Below the pieces are notes generated by a model. The model had not been told where the DNA came from, did no database searches, and saw only the letters and a list, made by a program, of their open reading frames with translations. This document shows, in pieces, positions 9,799 to 20,264 of a DNA stretch of 64,000 nt. The stretch lies in the NCBI GenBank assembly GCA_030024085.1, contig JASEJE010000020.1, positions 129 through 64,128 of the forward strand, written 5' to 3'. The stretch is from Bacillota bacterium. Its GTDB lineage: Bacteria; Bacillota; SHA-98; UBA4971. Positions within the stretch are counted from its first letter, which is position 1; the number at the start of each line of letters is the position of its first letter. The position numbers were made by a program, and so were the translations under genes.

Positions 9799-12486
9799 TC
9801 AGAGACCGACGATGGCCGCGACTCTGTCTGCGTATTCCTGCGCCCTGCGAGCGGCGGCGCCCTCGGTGACGGCCTCAGAGTAAACGTGGATGAACGGCTC
9901 CGCCGGGTCGGGGAGCACCAGCAGCCACCCGTCATCGAAGAAGAGGCGCAGGCCGTCGATGAACTCCCGCCGCATGTCGCCCGTTTCCTCGGCGAGCACG
10001 CGCATGACCCGCCCCTTGTGTTCCCACGGACAAGGCACCGACCGGCGCTCCATGGGCGGGATGGCGAGGCTGTCCACGACGTGCGACAGCTTCACGTCCT
10101 GCCTTGCGAGGAACTCGAAGACCTTCGCCAGCGAGAACATGGCATCGAAAGCCGGCTGGAACCTGGGGAAGACGAACCCGCCCTCGGTATCGCCTGCAAA
10201 CAGGATGTCCTGGCCGGCCTTGGAGGCGAACTCCATGAGCGACCGCGCGTCCTGCCTCGTGCGCACTATCCTCGCGCCGTTCTCCGCGGCGATCCGGTCC
10301 ACGCCACCTGTGGCGGCCACGGTCACAGCCACGACCGGCCCCCCGTCCCCGTCCCCGCTCCCACTCCCGCTCCCATTCCCACTCTCACTCTCACTCTCAC
10401 TCCCACTCCCGGTGGGGGATGCAAGAGCAAATCTGGACGCGCCGGAGGAGGCGGAGCTGGGGCCGAAGGCAAGGGCCCGGGCGCCGGCCGGACCGGCGGC
10501 TGCGGCATCGAGTGCAAAGTACCCCGTCGCGTCACGTATCGCAAGCCACGCCACGGTCGCTAGCAGCGTGTTGCCCTCCACGACCCGTCCTGACTCATCC
10601 ACGAGGGCCAGGCGCTCACCGTCGCTTTCCACCAGTACCCCCACGTCAGCCTTGAGCGTGCTCACGGTCTCCGACAGCTTCTTGAGATGCGCCGCCCGGT
10701 CGTCGCGGGTTTTCGGGGCGCGTGAGTGGTCAGGGTACGCGTTCAGGGCAACCATCTCACATCCCAGCCGCCCGAAGATGCTCGGCAGGAACATCGACAG
10801 CCTGCTATACGCGTAGTCCACCACCACGCTCAGGTGAAAGTCTGCGACAACCCTGGCATCCACGTAGTTGAAAAACGACTCCGTATAGGGCTCCAGCACG
10901 CGGCCGGGGAACTCCAGCTTCCCCACCTCGTCCGCGTCTGTGCGACGGAAGTCCTCCCGGAAGAAGATGTTCTCGATCTTGCGCTCGTGTGCCCTGGGCA
11001 GGTTTATGCCCTGCCTGTTGAAAATCTCGATGAGCGTGAGCCTCGGGTTGTCCGGAGACACCCGGATGTGCACCCCGCCATCCACGCCAAGGGTCTTGAT
11101 GTTGTAGCGGCTGACTGGGAGGGGCGTGGAGCGCAAGTCGAAGATGTTGACGCCCACCGTCATCAGGCCGCAGATGATGGACCGGAGGATCATCCTGGAC
11201 GCCGGGTGGTCGTCGCGGCTGGTGGTGACCGTCGCCCCCTTGCCGATCGAGCTGCCGAACGATGCCCCGAGCTTCATGGCAAACTCAGGCGTGAGCTCGA
11301 TGTTTGTAAGGCCCGTCACACCCCTGTCCTTGAAGATGGACCCTGGCCACTTCGTGCCCCAGATGAGGCTCATGGTCACGCGCGACCCGGGCTCGATGAC
11401 TTTATTCGGCCAGACCTTGATCTGTGGCTGGAGTATGGCGCCCTGTTCGATCCTGCACCTGTCGCCAACCACCACGCCCTCGTGGCACGTGACGAAGTCC
11501 TTGATGATGGCGTGCTGGCCGATGACGGCGCCCCGTATCTCGGTACCTTTGCCCACGAAGGTGTCCTGCCACAGGGTGCTCCGCTGGATCACCGCGTCTT
11601 TCTCGATTATGCAGTTGTCGCCCATGAACGTGTACTCGAAGCAGCCCGCGCCAGGGTTTATCCGGCAGTTGCGGCCTATGACGAGCGGGCCCGACAAGCG
11701 GCTGTCAGGGGCGATATCCGTGCCCTCGCCGACCCAGATGTCGGCTCCGATCTTGTTGCCCGGGATCTCCAGCTTCACCTTGCCCGTCACGGCGTCCACC
11801 TGGGCCTGCCTGTATTGCTGGATGTTGCCCACGTCGCACCAGTACCCCGACGCCACATGCGCATACAGCCTCTTACCGTCGCGCAGAAGTGCCGGGAACA
11901 CGTCCTGGCTGAAATCGGTGGACTTTCCCGGGTCTATGTAGTCGAGCACCTCGGGCTCGAGGATGTAAATCCCCGTGTTGACGGTGTCGCTGAATACCTC
12001 GCCCCAGCTCGGCTTCTCGAGGAACCTGCGTATCCTGCCCTCGTCATCGGTGACGACGATGCCGTACTCGAGCGGGTTATCCACCCGCGTGGTGACTATG
12101 GTGGCAACGGCCGACCTCGTTTCGTGGAACCTCACGGCCTCATCGAGGTCGATGTCGGTGAGGGCATCCCCGCTTATCACGAGCACACGCTCCCGGCCGA
12201 ACACCTCGGCGGCCTTCTTCACGCTGCCGGCCGTGCCCAGGGGCACGTCCTCCACCGAGTAGGACAGGTGCAGGCCCAGCTCGGCCCCGTCCCCGAAGAA
12301 GCTCTCGATCTCGTCGGCGAGATAGTACAGCGTGACCGCTATGTCGGTAATTCCGTGGCGCTTCAGAAGCTCGAAGATGTGCTGGATGATGGGCTTATTG
12401 ACCACGGGCACCATCGGCTTCGGACGGTTGCACGTGAGCGGACGCAGCCTGGTTCCCTCTCCACCTGCCATGACCACCGCTTTCAT
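9799..12486 (-). CDS. bifunctional sugar-1-phosphate nucleotidyltransferase (NTP-transferase plus left-handed beta-helix) / phosphohexomutase (PMM/PGM family)
   Basis: N-terminus [28 protein letters not shown] (nucleotidyltransferase G-rich loop), central hexapeptide-repeat region, C-terminal PGM/PMM domains ([11 protein letters not shown], sugar-binding loop). Contains an in-frame [23 protein letters not shown] insert encoded by CTCACT hexanucleotide repeats. Confidence 0.8.
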   Translation of the reverse strand: MKAVVMAGGEGTRLRPLTCNRPKPMVPVVNKPIIQHIFELLKRHGITDIAVTLYYLADEIESFFGDGAELGLHLSYSVEDVPLGTAGSVKKAAEVFGRERVLVISGDALTDIDLDEAVRFHETRSAVATIVTTRVDNPLEYGIVVTDDEGRIRRFLEKPSWGEVFSDTVNTGIYILEPEVLDYIDPGKSTDFSQDVFPALLRDGKRLYAHVASGYWCDVGNIQQYRQAQVDAVTGKVKLEIPGNKIGADIWVGEGTDIAPDSRLSGPLVIGRNCRINPGAGCFEYTFMGDNCIIEKDAVIQRSTLWQDTFVGKGTEIRGAVIGQHAIIKDFVTCHEGVVVGDRCRIEQGAILQPQIKVWPNKVIEPGSRVTMSLIWGTKWPGSIFKDRGVTGLTNIELTPEFAMKLGASFGSSIGKGATVTTSRDDHPASRMILRSIICGLMTVGVNIFDLRSTPLPVSRYNIKTLGVDGGVHIRVSPDNPRLTLIEIFNRQGINLPRAHERKIENIFFREDFRRTDADEVGKLEFPGRVLEPYTESFFNYVDARVVADFHLSVVVDYAYSRLSMFLPSIFGRLGCEMVALNAYPDHSRAPKTRDDRAAHLKKLSETVSTLKADVGVLVESDGERLALVDESGRVVEGNTLLATVAWLAIRDATGYFALDAAAAGPAGARALAFGPSSASSGASRFALASPTGSGSESESESGNGSGSGSGDGDGGPVVAVTVAATGGVDRIAAENGARIVRTRQDARSLMEFASKAGQDILFAGDTEGGFVFPRFQPAFDAMFSLAKVFEFLARQDVKLSHVVDSLAIPPMERRSVPCPWEHKGRVMRVLAEETGDMRREFIDGLRLFFDDGWLLVLPDPAEPFIHVYSEAVTEGAAARRAQEYADRVAAIVGL

Positions 12487-12522
12487 GCTAAGCCCCCCAC
12501 TCGCGATGCCGACTCTCTCCTT

Positions 12523-14628
12523 TCACCTCTTACACAAAGGACTTTTGCCGGACAGGATCGAGAAGTCGAGCCATGGGAACGGGTCGTCGAGTTCGCTCAC
12601 CGTGACAAGGTAGCGCCTGCCTTCCTCGCAAGCCTTCTCGTCCAGCCCAGCCCCAAGGAGATGCTCGGCGTAATCCATGAGCCTATCGAACCTTTCGGCA
12701 TGCTCTCTGAAGCGCTTTGCCCCATACTCCGTCGCCTGACGCTCCGTCACGAGGAACGGCCAGTCGCTCGACATGAGCAGGAAGAACTCGCGGAGCGCCT
12801 GGGCCTCCACACCTTCGAGAAGGCCGGCGCATGGCGACGGCGCACCGCCTGGGCTGCCTGCAGCACCCGCAGTGCCTCCAGAGCTTGCGATGCCGGAAGG
12901 GCGGGAAGAGCCGGAAAGGCCCGCGGGGCGGGCAAGGCTTGCAACGCCCGTCGCACCCGCCGCGGCCGGGATGCCCTCAACCTCCCCCGTCTCTTCCTGG
13001 CCTTCCGCGCCCCCACGGTCGTGCCGACCCGGGGGACACAGCGCAGCAAGCCGCTTCACACGCGCCTCGGCTGCATGGATCATCTCCCACATCCAGGCCG
13101 TGTTGTCGTTGAGCCAGACGTCGTGCCTGCCACCACGTCCCCACGACGACTCCGGGACGTCCATGGCATCCTCCGGCGGGTGCTCGTCGAGCACCTGGCC
13201 TGCAGACTTCACCGCCACGGCGGTGCTCCCTGAGAACCCCTCGAGGACCGCGCCGAGCCAATCGACGCCTTCATACCACCAGTGCCCGAAAAGCTCGGTG
13301 TCATAGGGAGCCACGACCACACCGTGCTCACCGGTGCTCGCCCACCAGTCGGCCACGAGCTCGTGGACGAGCCCTACAAAGTGGGCGGCGTGCTCTCTGA
13401 GCCTGGATGATGCGGCGGCCGCGTCATAGAGCTCCTTCGCGCCAAGGTCGGTGTCCCTGGACGTGACCCGCCAGTACTGAAGCCCTGAGACGTCGTCCTT
13501 CCTGTGGAATTCGCGGTATAGCCCGTCGCCGGGGTAACCAAGCCAGGAGGACCACACCTGGGTCGTCACGCGTTCGTTCCGCCCGAAGCAGGCCACTCTC
13601 GACCCGCCCACGAGGTAAGGCCTGAAGGTCGTCCGTGCCGGCGCGTTCGGGCTGGCGCCGCGCGGCCCTGAGCCGCCGTCCGCACCACTGGACCCCGCCT
13701 CGCGCCCTGACGCGGCGGGCCATGGCGCGGGGTGTGCCGCGGCCCCCGCCGCGCCCGTGTCGCCTGTGCCCTCCTCCTTCGGCCGTCCGCCGCCGCCGCC
13801 GCTCGCTATCCCGATGGGCTCGCCACCCTCCACGGCATGCCTGTCAACGAAGAAGTACTCAAGGCCAAGAGCCTGCAGGTATTCCTCCAGGCCCGGCCTG
13901 TATGCGCATTCCGGCAGCCAGATCCCTCTCGGCGCCCGTCCGAACCGTCTGACATAGCTCTCGCACCCAGCGGCAAGCTGCGCCCGGATGGATGTATCTT
14001 CCTTCAGGAGCGGCAGATACGCGTGGGTGGCCGCGGATGTGATGATCTCGACGACCCCGCGCTCCTGCAGCGCGCCGAACGCCCCCGCGATGTCCCGCCC
14101 ATACTCGCTGCGGAAAGCGTTTATGGCCCGGCCGTATCTCTCGCAATACGCCGCCGCCTGCCGCTCGCGCACGCTATCGCCTGCAAGCCTGAACCGCCCG
14201 CGGTCGTCTTCGGCCCGCGCAAGGTGGGCCTCCGCCCATGTCAGAAAACCCTCCCGCATATACTCATCGTCGAGCTGGTCGAGGAGGATCGGGGTGATGC
14301 CAATGGTCACACTTACGGGAGGTTTACGCGTCGCGGGGGTCCCCCTGCCGACCTGAGACTGGGCTTGGGCCTGGGCCTCGTACCGGGACTGGGACTGGGA
14401 CCGGGATTGGGACCGGCTCCCGGGAACCTGGTTCGCGACGGCCCTGAGGAGTTCCAGAAGCGGGATGTACGACTCCAGCATGGCCTCGTAGAGCCATTCC
14501 TCTCCGAAAGGCCACATGCCGGCCTTACGGCAGTAAGGTATATGGCTATGGAAGACGAACACGCAAGACCCACTGGGCCCGGCGTTGCCTGCGCCGGCAT
14601 GCCCTTCACCACGCACTTCGCTGGACAC
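12523..14628 (-). CDS. GH57-family alpha-glucan branching enzyme-like protein with large low-complexity inserts
   Basis: GH57 signatures FVFHSHIPY, THAYLPLL and GIWLPECAY. Two Gly/Ala/Ser/Pro-rich insertions make it 701 aa instead of ~520. Confidence 0.8.
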   Translation of the reverse strand: MSSEVRGEGHAGAGNAGPSGSCVFVFHSHIPYCRKAGMWPFGEEWLYEAMLESYIPLLELLRAVANQVPGSRSQSRSQSQSRYEAQAQAQSQVGRGTPATRKPPVSVTIGITPILLDQLDDEYMREGFLTWAEAHLARAEDDRGRFRLAGDSVRERQAAAYCERYGRAINAFRSEYGRDIAGAFGALQERGVVEIITSAATHAYLPLLKEDTSIRAQLAAGCESYVRRFGRAPRGIWLPECAYRPGLEEYLQALGLEYFFVDRHAVEGGEPIGIASGGGGGRPKEEGTGDTGAAGAAAHPAPWPAASGREAGSSGADGGSGPRGASPNAPARTTFRPYLVGGSRVACFGRNERVTTQVWSSWLGYPGDGLYREFHRKDDVSGLQYWRVTSRDTDLGAKELYDAAAASSRLREHAAHFVGLVHELVADWWASTGEHGVVVAPYDTELFGHWWYEGVDWLGAVLEGFSGSTAVAVKSAGQVLDEHPPEDAMDVPESSWGRGGRHDVWLNDNTAWMWEMIHAAEARVKRLAALCPPGRHDRGGAEGQEETGEVEGIPAAAGATGVASLARPAGLSGSSRPSGIASSGGTAGAAGSPGGAPSPCAGLLEGVEAQALREFFLLMSSDWPFLVTERQATEYGAKRFREHAERFDRLMDYAEHLLGAGLDEKACEEGRRYLVTVSELDDPFPWLDFSILSGKSPLCKR

Positions 14629-15005
14629 CTGTCGCGCGCAGCATCACGTGCCACGTCCGGCCGGTCCGCACACCACAAACCACAACCTGAGCGCAAGCCT
14701 GGGGATGACCGCATGGCAAATCGATGCGAGCCTGCGAACCCACGCTCAAGCCGTCCGCGCCGGCAGGAATGGCACGCGAGGCCCCGCTCCCCCCTTTCGC
14801 TCTTTCACTCGTCGTCCCGTTCACAAGTTCATTGTTCTGTGAACCCGGATGCCCACATTCATCCGGGGATCCGGGCCGCAGTCCGGTCGCAGCAACATGA
14901 GATGCGCCTCGCCGGCGGTTTCGGTGGTTTCCCCGTAGCTCTTTTCGCACCGCCGTCCGCCCGCCGCCGATCCACGGCCCGCTCGCCGCCCGCCCGCCTG
15001 CCTGC

Positions 15006-16220
15006 CTACCAGGACACGTGCGATGACTCATCGACCACACGCTGATACACAGACCGGGTCGAGGACGCCACCGAATCCCAGGCGTACCTGGAAAGCACCT
15101 CCTCGCGACCGCGTTGCGAGATGAAGCTTCGAAAACCCGGGTCGGAGAGCACCCTCTTGATCCCCCATGCCAGCGAGTCCGCGCTGCCCGAATACACTTT
15201 GACCCCTGTCTCGTCGTGCCTCACGACCTCCGCAAGCCCGCCGGTGTCTGACGCAACGACGGGCGTCCCTCTCACCATCGCCTCGAGGGCGACGATGCCG
15301 AAGGGCTCATACAGGCTGGGAAACACTGCCACGTCTGCAGCGGCGTAGAGCGCGTCGCGCTCCTGGTCGCTTATGCGTCCAGCAAAGCGCACGGCGCCGC
15401 CGAGACCCATGCTCTCCGCCTTCCCCCGCAAGACGCTCGCGTAATACCCATCCCCCGCGATGACGAACCGCGTGTTCGGCATCTCCGCGAGCACCTGCGG
15501 GGCCGCATCGAGCAGCACGTGAACGCCCTTCTCGTATACGAGCCTGCCCACGTAGAACACCACTCGGTCTTCGGGACGGGCGTAGCGCAGCCTCGTGTCG
15601 CGGATGAACTGCGGGTCTGGAGATGCGCCGGGGTCAACGCCGTTCGGAATGACGTCGATCTTGTCTGCAGGCAAGGAGAATATCCTCTTCAGCTCGTCTG
15701 CCATGTAGTGGCTGCAGCATATGACCCGCCATGCCTCGAAGGTGATCATCCACTCGACCTCATGAATATATTTCTGAAGGTCCGAATGGATGCCTCTGTT
15801 TCTGCCGTACTCGGTGGAGTGGACCGTAACGACAAGAGGTACGTGCAGCGCGTGTTTCAGGGACTTCGCCGCGAATGCCACGAGCCAGTCGTGGGCGTGA
15901 AGAACGTCATACCTCGGCCGACCCCGAACCTCCAGCACCGTGCGGCTGGTGAGGCCGAAGTTCGCTTCCATGACGGTGTGAAGGAAGCTTCCGCCGCCCC
16001 CGCCATAGGGGTCTGCGGTCGCCTGGATGGTGGAGCGCGCGACCCTTGAGACCTTTACGCCGTCCTGAACCGACGATGCCGCGTCGCCACCGGAACTTGC
16101 GCAAACGACGTGGATTTCGTCCTTCTGTTTGACGAGCGACCGCGCGAGCCCGGCAACCGCCGCGCCGAGCCCGCCGACGACTTCCGGCGGATACTCATAC
16201 GAAAGCATCAGAACGCGCAT
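15006..16220 (-). CDS. GT4-family glycosyltransferase (glycogen/alpha-glucan synthase-like)
   Basis: Credited from MRVLMLSYEYPPEVVGGLGAAVAGL (ATG ~16220, G-rich RBS); the upstream part of the ORF-track frame (to 16775) looks non-coding. C-terminal GT4 E-x7-E region (FPSLYEPFGIVALEAM). Confidence 0.8.
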   Translation of the reverse strand: MRVLMLSYEYPPEVVGGLGAAVAGLARSLVKQKDEIHVVCASSGGDAASSVQDGVKVSRVARSTIQATADPYGGGGGSFLHTVMEANFGLTSRTVLEVRGRPRYDVLHAHDWLVAFAAKSLKHALHVPLVVTVHSTEYGRNRGIHSDLQKYIHEVEWMITFEAWRVICCSHYMADELKRIFSLPADKIDVIPNGVDPGASPDPQFIRDTRLRYARPEDRVVFYVGRLVYEKGVHVLLDAAPQVLAEMPNTRFVIAGDGYYASVLRGKAESMGLGGAVRFAGRISDQERDALYAAADVAVFPSLYEPFGIVALEAMVRGTPVVASDTGGLAEVVRHDETGVKVYSGSADSLAWGIKRVLSDPGFRSFISQRGREEVLSRYAWDSVASSTRSVYQRVVDESSHVSW

Positions 16221-16377
16221 TGGGATCCGCCCCCCTGTATTACCATGGTTCGACAGATCGTTCCGCGTATCCTTCCGCCCTGCAAGATTCACAGGCCCAA
16301 AGGAATCTGCGCCCCGATGTAGTAAACAATACGCGAATGGAGGCGGTGCCCGCTCGCCCGGCGCACGGCAGCGACGG

Positions 16378-16440
16378 CCGCGCAGAGGCACGGAAGCGCA
16401 GAGGCGCGGAGACGCGGAGACGCGGAGACGCGGACACCCA
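16378..16440. repeat. GC-rich octanucleotide microsatellite (GCGCAGAG x2, GCGGAGAC x3) in a divergent intergenic region
   Basis: cgcagaggcacggaagcgcagaggcgcggagacgcggagacgcggagacgcggacacc, between the divergently transcribed GT4 and nitroreductase genes. Confidence 0.6.
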
Positions 16441-16463
16441 ATCGAATCTGGGGGGTTCGGTGC

Positions 16464-16979
16464 ATGGATCTCATGGATGCAATCAAGGAACGACGCAGCG
16501 TGCGGGCATATCAGGACAGAGACGTGGCCGCAGACAAACTCGAGAGGGTGCTCGAGGCCGCCAGGCTCGCGCCGTCCGCGAGCAATCGTCAGATGTGGAA
16601 GTTCGTCGTGGTGCGCGATCCTGACAGGCGCCGACTGCTGGCGGAGGCAGCGAACGGCCAATCGTTCGTTGCGCAGGCGCCCGTAGTGATAGCCGGGGTT
16701 GCGCTCCGCACGGGTCACGTCATGAGTTGCGAGGTCCCGAGCTACGCTGTGGACCTTTCCATAGCCATGGAGCACATCGCGCTGGCCGCGGCAGCCGAGG
16801 GTCTCGGCACGTGCTGGATCGGAGCGTTCTCACAGCCTAAGGCCAGGGAGATCCTGGGGGTGCCGGACCACTATAAGATCGTCGCACTCATGCCCCTCGG
16901 GTATCCGGCGGACAGCCCCAGGCCGAAAGTGAGAAAGCCGCTGGACGACATCGTGTGCTACGAGGGGTTCTCAGAGTGA
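16464..16979 (+). CDS. nitroreductase-family protein
   Basis: MDAIKERRSVRAYQDRDV...RLAPSASNRQMWKFVVVRD and the C-terminal GTCWIG motif are typical of the NADH/FMN nitroreductase fold. Confidence 0.85.
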   Translation: MDLMDAIKERRSVRAYQDRDVAADKLERVLEAARLAPSASNRQMWKFVVVRDPDRRRLLAEAANGQSFVAQAPVVIAGVALRTGHVMSCEVPSYAVDLSIAMEHIALAAAAEGLGTCWIGAFSQPKAREILGVPDHYKIVALMPLGYPADSPRPKVRKPLDDIVCYEGFSE

Positions 16980-17013
16980 CCTGGATCGGCACCCGAGGAC
17001 CGCGAGGAACCCG

Positions 17014-18246
17014 ATGGACCAGACGGGCCGGACGGATCGGCGGGACCGGATGGACCGCCGAAACCTACGCGGTACGCGCGACGAGACACACGAGGCAGAG
17101 CGGCCCATACGCGGGCGGATTGGGAGGCGGCCGGGCACAATGACAGGCAAGGAGAAAGAAACCCGCAAGAAGCGTGGCAACAACAGCAGAATACCCAGGA
17201 GGACTCCATGGTCCATCGAGGAAGTCCGGGGAATGCCCAATGACAAGATCCTCGCGACTCTCCACGGGCTCGGCATCTCCATTTCCATGGACGACTTCCG
17301 CGAGCAGGTAAAGGAGTTCTGCTCGGCGGAAGACCTGAGCGAACGCTGGTTTGAGACGTACCACGCTACAGCCACCGGGTGGGACGAGGACTTTCCGTGG
17401 TACGCAGCCTGGGTGCTGTGGGAGCGGCTCGATGGCGACACCATCCCCTATGAAAGCATCAGCGACCTCATGGGGGAGGAGTTTCCCTTCGGCGTCGGCG
17501 AGGACGGAGAGGGCGTCCTTCTAGTGGACGTCCCGGGGTTCTCCGACGAAGACTACGACGATTCTGTGTTCGAGGATGAGGACGGGTCGGATGAGGACTA
17601 CGAGGACGAATACGAAGACCCGGACGAGAATGATGAGGATGAGGACGAGGATGAGGACGAGGACGAGGACGAGGGTGAGGGTGAGGAGGACGACCTCCCT
17701 GGGGATCTCGGATTCCTCGGGTCGTCTGCAGACATCTCCGTATGCTGGATGCAGCTTCGGGCGTGGGACTACATAAAGGCCCTTTTCTCGGGCAAAGCCA
17801 CGTCCATCGAGGAGGCCATGGAGATCTGCCCCACCGCCTCGTCGCTCGGGGAATGGTGCCTGGATCTTGCAGACACGCTGGGCTTTGAGGCCGCCTCCAG
17901 CCCGGTCCTGGCGCGCGAAAGGCTGCGCTTCACGAGGGAGTTCTGCGAGGTGTTCCCCGAAAGCGACGAGGAGTATATCCAGGCCATGCGGTGGGCGGAG
18001 GCTGAGACGCTATTCCTGCTCGACCGCGTCGCGGAGGGCGATGAGGTTTACAGGACCGTCGCTCAACAGTGGCCTGACTCGACGTGGGCCTTCATTCACT
18101 GGGGCGACGCATACGCGGACAAGGCTGAAGGGCGCCTCGAGTACGCGGCGAGGGCGCGGGAGATCTTCAACGCCGCGCTCCAGCATGCCGACGCTGACGA
18201 GGCGGAGATCATCCGCGACCGGCTGAAGGATCTCGGCGGGGCGTAA
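17014..18246 (+). CDS. hypothetical protein with a poly-acidic (Asp/Glu) tract
   Basis: No recognisable domain. Central DEDYEDEYEDPDENDEDEDEDEDEDEDEGEGEED tract encoded by GAG/GAC triplet repeats. Start uncertain (possibly MTGKEKE ~17140). Confidence 0.4.
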   Translation: MDQTGRTDRRDRMDRRNLRGTRDETHEAERPIRGRIGRRPGTMTGKEKETRKKRGNNSRIPRRTPWSIEEVRGMPNDKILATLHGLGISISMDDFREQVKEFCSAEDLSERWFETYHATATGWDEDFPWYAAWVLWERLDGDTIPYESISDLMGEEFPFGVGEDGEGVLLVDVPGFSDEDYDDSVFEDEDGSDEDYEDEYEDPDENDEDEDEDEDEDEDEGEGEEDDLPGDLGFLGSSADISVCWMQLRAWDYIKALFSGKATSIEEAMEICPTASSLGEWCLDLADTLGFEAASSPVLARERLRFTREFCEVFPESDEEYIQAMRWAEAETLFLLDRVAEGDEVYRTVAQQWPDSTWAFIHWGDAYADKAEGRLEYAARAREIFNAALQHADADEAEIIRDRLKDLGGA

Positions 18247-18270
18247 GCTACCCGGAAAGGGGGCAGGGCA

Positions 18271-18663
18271 GTGCAGGCACTTTTCCTTGTACTGAACAAA
18301 ACCGATCAGTTGAACCATGTTCTCAAGACCCTCTATGATTGCGGGGTGCGTGGCGCAACGATCATGAACAGCACCGGAATGGGTAGACAGCTCTCCCGGC
18401 AGATACCGATCTTCGCAACTCTGGGGTACCTGGCTGACGAGGACCGCCCGTACAATTACACAATCTTCGCAATCATGAAGGACGAAAAGGTGGTGCACGT
18501 AATCAACGCGCTCAACGCCCTTCTCGGCGACCTCTCGCGCCCCGGCACCGGCATAGTCTTCACGGTGCCCGTCGGAACGGTGGTGGGCCTTGCGCCGGAA
18601 GACGCCCTCGGCAGGCCCGGGAGTAGTGACAACCGAACGGATGGCCGTCGGGACAACGAGTGA
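18271..18663 (+). CDS. PII-like signal-transduction protein, closest resemblance to DarA/YaaQ (DUF970) c-di-AMP receptor
   Basis: VLNKTDQLNHVLKTLYDCGVRGATIMNSTGMGRQ resembles B. subtilis DarA ([30 protein letters not shown]) and the GlnB T-loop region. The C-terminal GTGIVFTVPV matches the PII/DarA beta-strand. Comparison made from memory of those sequences. Confidence 0.55.
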   Translation: MQALFLVLNKTDQLNHVLKTLYDCGVRGATIMNSTGMGRQLSRQIPIFATLGYLADEDRPYNYTIFAIMKDEKVVHVINALNALLGDLSRPGTGIVFTVPVGTVVGLAPEDALGRPGSSDNRTDGRRDNE

Positions 18664-18691
18664 ATAGGTCGGAGGCGCCTGCAGCCAGGCC

Positions 18692-19906
18692 GTGGTCGTG
18701 AGGAGAGACGCAATGGACATGAACATCGTGTTGAGCGGCGGGTTTCTTCTACTCGTGGGACTTGCCGCAGGAAAGCTCGCCAACTTGCTGAAATTCCCAG
18801 CCGTGACAGGGTATCTCGTGGCCGGCATCGTGGTCGGTCCGCCAGTGCTCAATCTGCTTACACATGACCTTCTTCGGGCGTCGATATGGATCAGCCATGG
18901 CGCGCTGGCCCTCATCGCGTTCAGCATAGGTTCGGAGTTCACCATCGACAACATCAGACGGCTGGGGACCCGGGTGCTGGTCATCGCAACGCTGGAGGCG
19001 CTGGGAGGCGCAACGGCTGTTTTTCTCGCGACACGGTTCGGTTTCCACAGACCGACGCCGGAGGCCCTTCTCTTTGGTGCCATAGCAGCCGCTACAGCGC
19101 CCGCCGCAACGATAATGGTGATCCGGGAGCTGAGAGCGAGGGGACCCATGACAGACACTTTGCTTGCCGTAGTGGCTATCGACGACCCCATCTGCGTCAT
19201 GATCTTCGGCGTGGCGTCGGGAATCGCCACCATGCTCATTGGCGACGGATCGCTATCCCTCGGATTAATGATCCTGCGGCCGATCGCGGAGATACTGAGC
19301 GCGCTCGGCATGGGCATCGCTGCCGGGATTCTCGCGGTGCGGTTCATGACGAAGATGCGCGATCGATCCGAGACTCAGGTCCTCATGCTCGGCACCATCC
19401 TTGGCACGGCCGGCCTGGCGATCGCGGCAGGGCTGTCGCCGCTCCTCGCCTGCATGGCCCTTGGATCGACCGTAGGCAACCTTTCGCGCCGGTCGGATGC
19501 CCTCTTCGCCGCTGTGAGGGCGCTGGATACTCCTGTGTACGTCGTGTTCTTCGTGCTTTCGGGAGCAGGTCTGCATGTCGAACTCCTCCGGAGCGTCGGA
19601 TTGCTTGGCATAGGTTACGTCGTGTTCCGCGTCGCCGGTAAGATCGCGGGCGCTGCGGCCGGGGGCGTTCTCACCAGGGCCCCCGCTGTCGTGCGAAAGT
19701 ACCTCGGGTTCGGCCTGGTGCCGCAGGCCGGCGTGGCGCTGGGCCTCAGCCTCCTGGTGAAACAGCAGTTTCCCGGGCTCGGCGACATGATATCGACGAC
19801 CATCGTGGCGTCAACCGTCATCTACGAGCTCATAGGTCCCGTATTCTCCAAGATGGGGATCGCGCTGGCGGGCGAAGCCGGCGCTGCTGCAGATGAAAGC
19901 GTTTAG
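18692..19906 (+). CDS. CPA2-family cation:proton antiporter (Kef/NhaP-like transmembrane domain only)
   Basis: 11-12 TM Na+/H+ exchanger fold with FPAVTGYLVAGIVVGP and GSEF motifs typical of CPA2. No C-terminal RCK/KTN domain. Confidence 0.8.
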   Translation: MVVRRDAMDMNIVLSGGFLLLVGLAAGKLANLLKFPAVTGYLVAGIVVGPPVLNLLTHDLLRASIWISHGALALIAFSIGSEFTIDNIRRLGTRVLVIATLEALGGATAVFLATRFGFHRPTPEALLFGAIAAATAPAATIMVIRELRARGPMTDTLLAVVAIDDPICVMIFGVASGIATMLIGDGSLSLGLMILRPIAEILSALGMGIAAGILAVRFMTKMRDRSETQVLMLGTILGTAGLAIAAGLSPLLACMALGSTVGNLSRRSDALFAAVRALDTPVYVVFFVLSGAGLHVELLRSVGLLGIGYVVFRVAGKIAGAAAGGVLTRAPAVVRKYLGFGLVPQAGVALGLSLLVKQQFPGLGDMISTTIVASTVIYELIGPVFSKMGIALAGEAGAAADESV

Positions 19907-20264
19907 TCCGGCACCAGGGGTTCAGCAGGTGCCACCGGGAATAGGGTCGAATACTATTGGTAGTGAAGGGAGTGATCCGGCGCTACTTCATCGTGCTGGA
20001 TCGTGCTGCACCGCGCCGCATCGTGCCGCCACATGACAAGTACCGTGGAGAGCCGCCAAGCCTGGGGGAGCGGGAGTCATGACGCGTCGTGCTCGCGGGG
20101 CAGAGCATCGAACGGCGCGGCTTGAAAGACGGTCGAGGGCAACGTGAAGCAAGCTGCTGGGCCCATCCGGTCGAAGACCCCGGTTAGCGAACATTGAGAG
20201 ACTCCGGCAATAGCCGTCGCTGCATGCGGCCGTATGCGCCTGCAGATACACGGACTGGGGAGGC

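Noticed and set aside
10726-13233. Very long ORFs on the strand opposite annotated genes (e.g. 10726-13233 +, 22652-24823 +, 33704-36442 +, 46287-47258 +, 48542-49678 +, 49877-50668 +, 5703-6434 -, 20779-21978 +)
   Set aside because: Arg/Pro/His/Gly-rich translations with no domains, lying antisense to well-supported genes. These are typical stop-codon-poor antisense frames in ~70% GC DNA.
16958-17209. Collagen-like GPS triplet repeat (GPSGPADPSGPSGPSG) on the minus strand
   Set aside because: Only ~6 triplets, antisense to the start of the acidic hypothetical gene, and produced by a GGACCG DNA repeat. Not a credible collagen-like gene.
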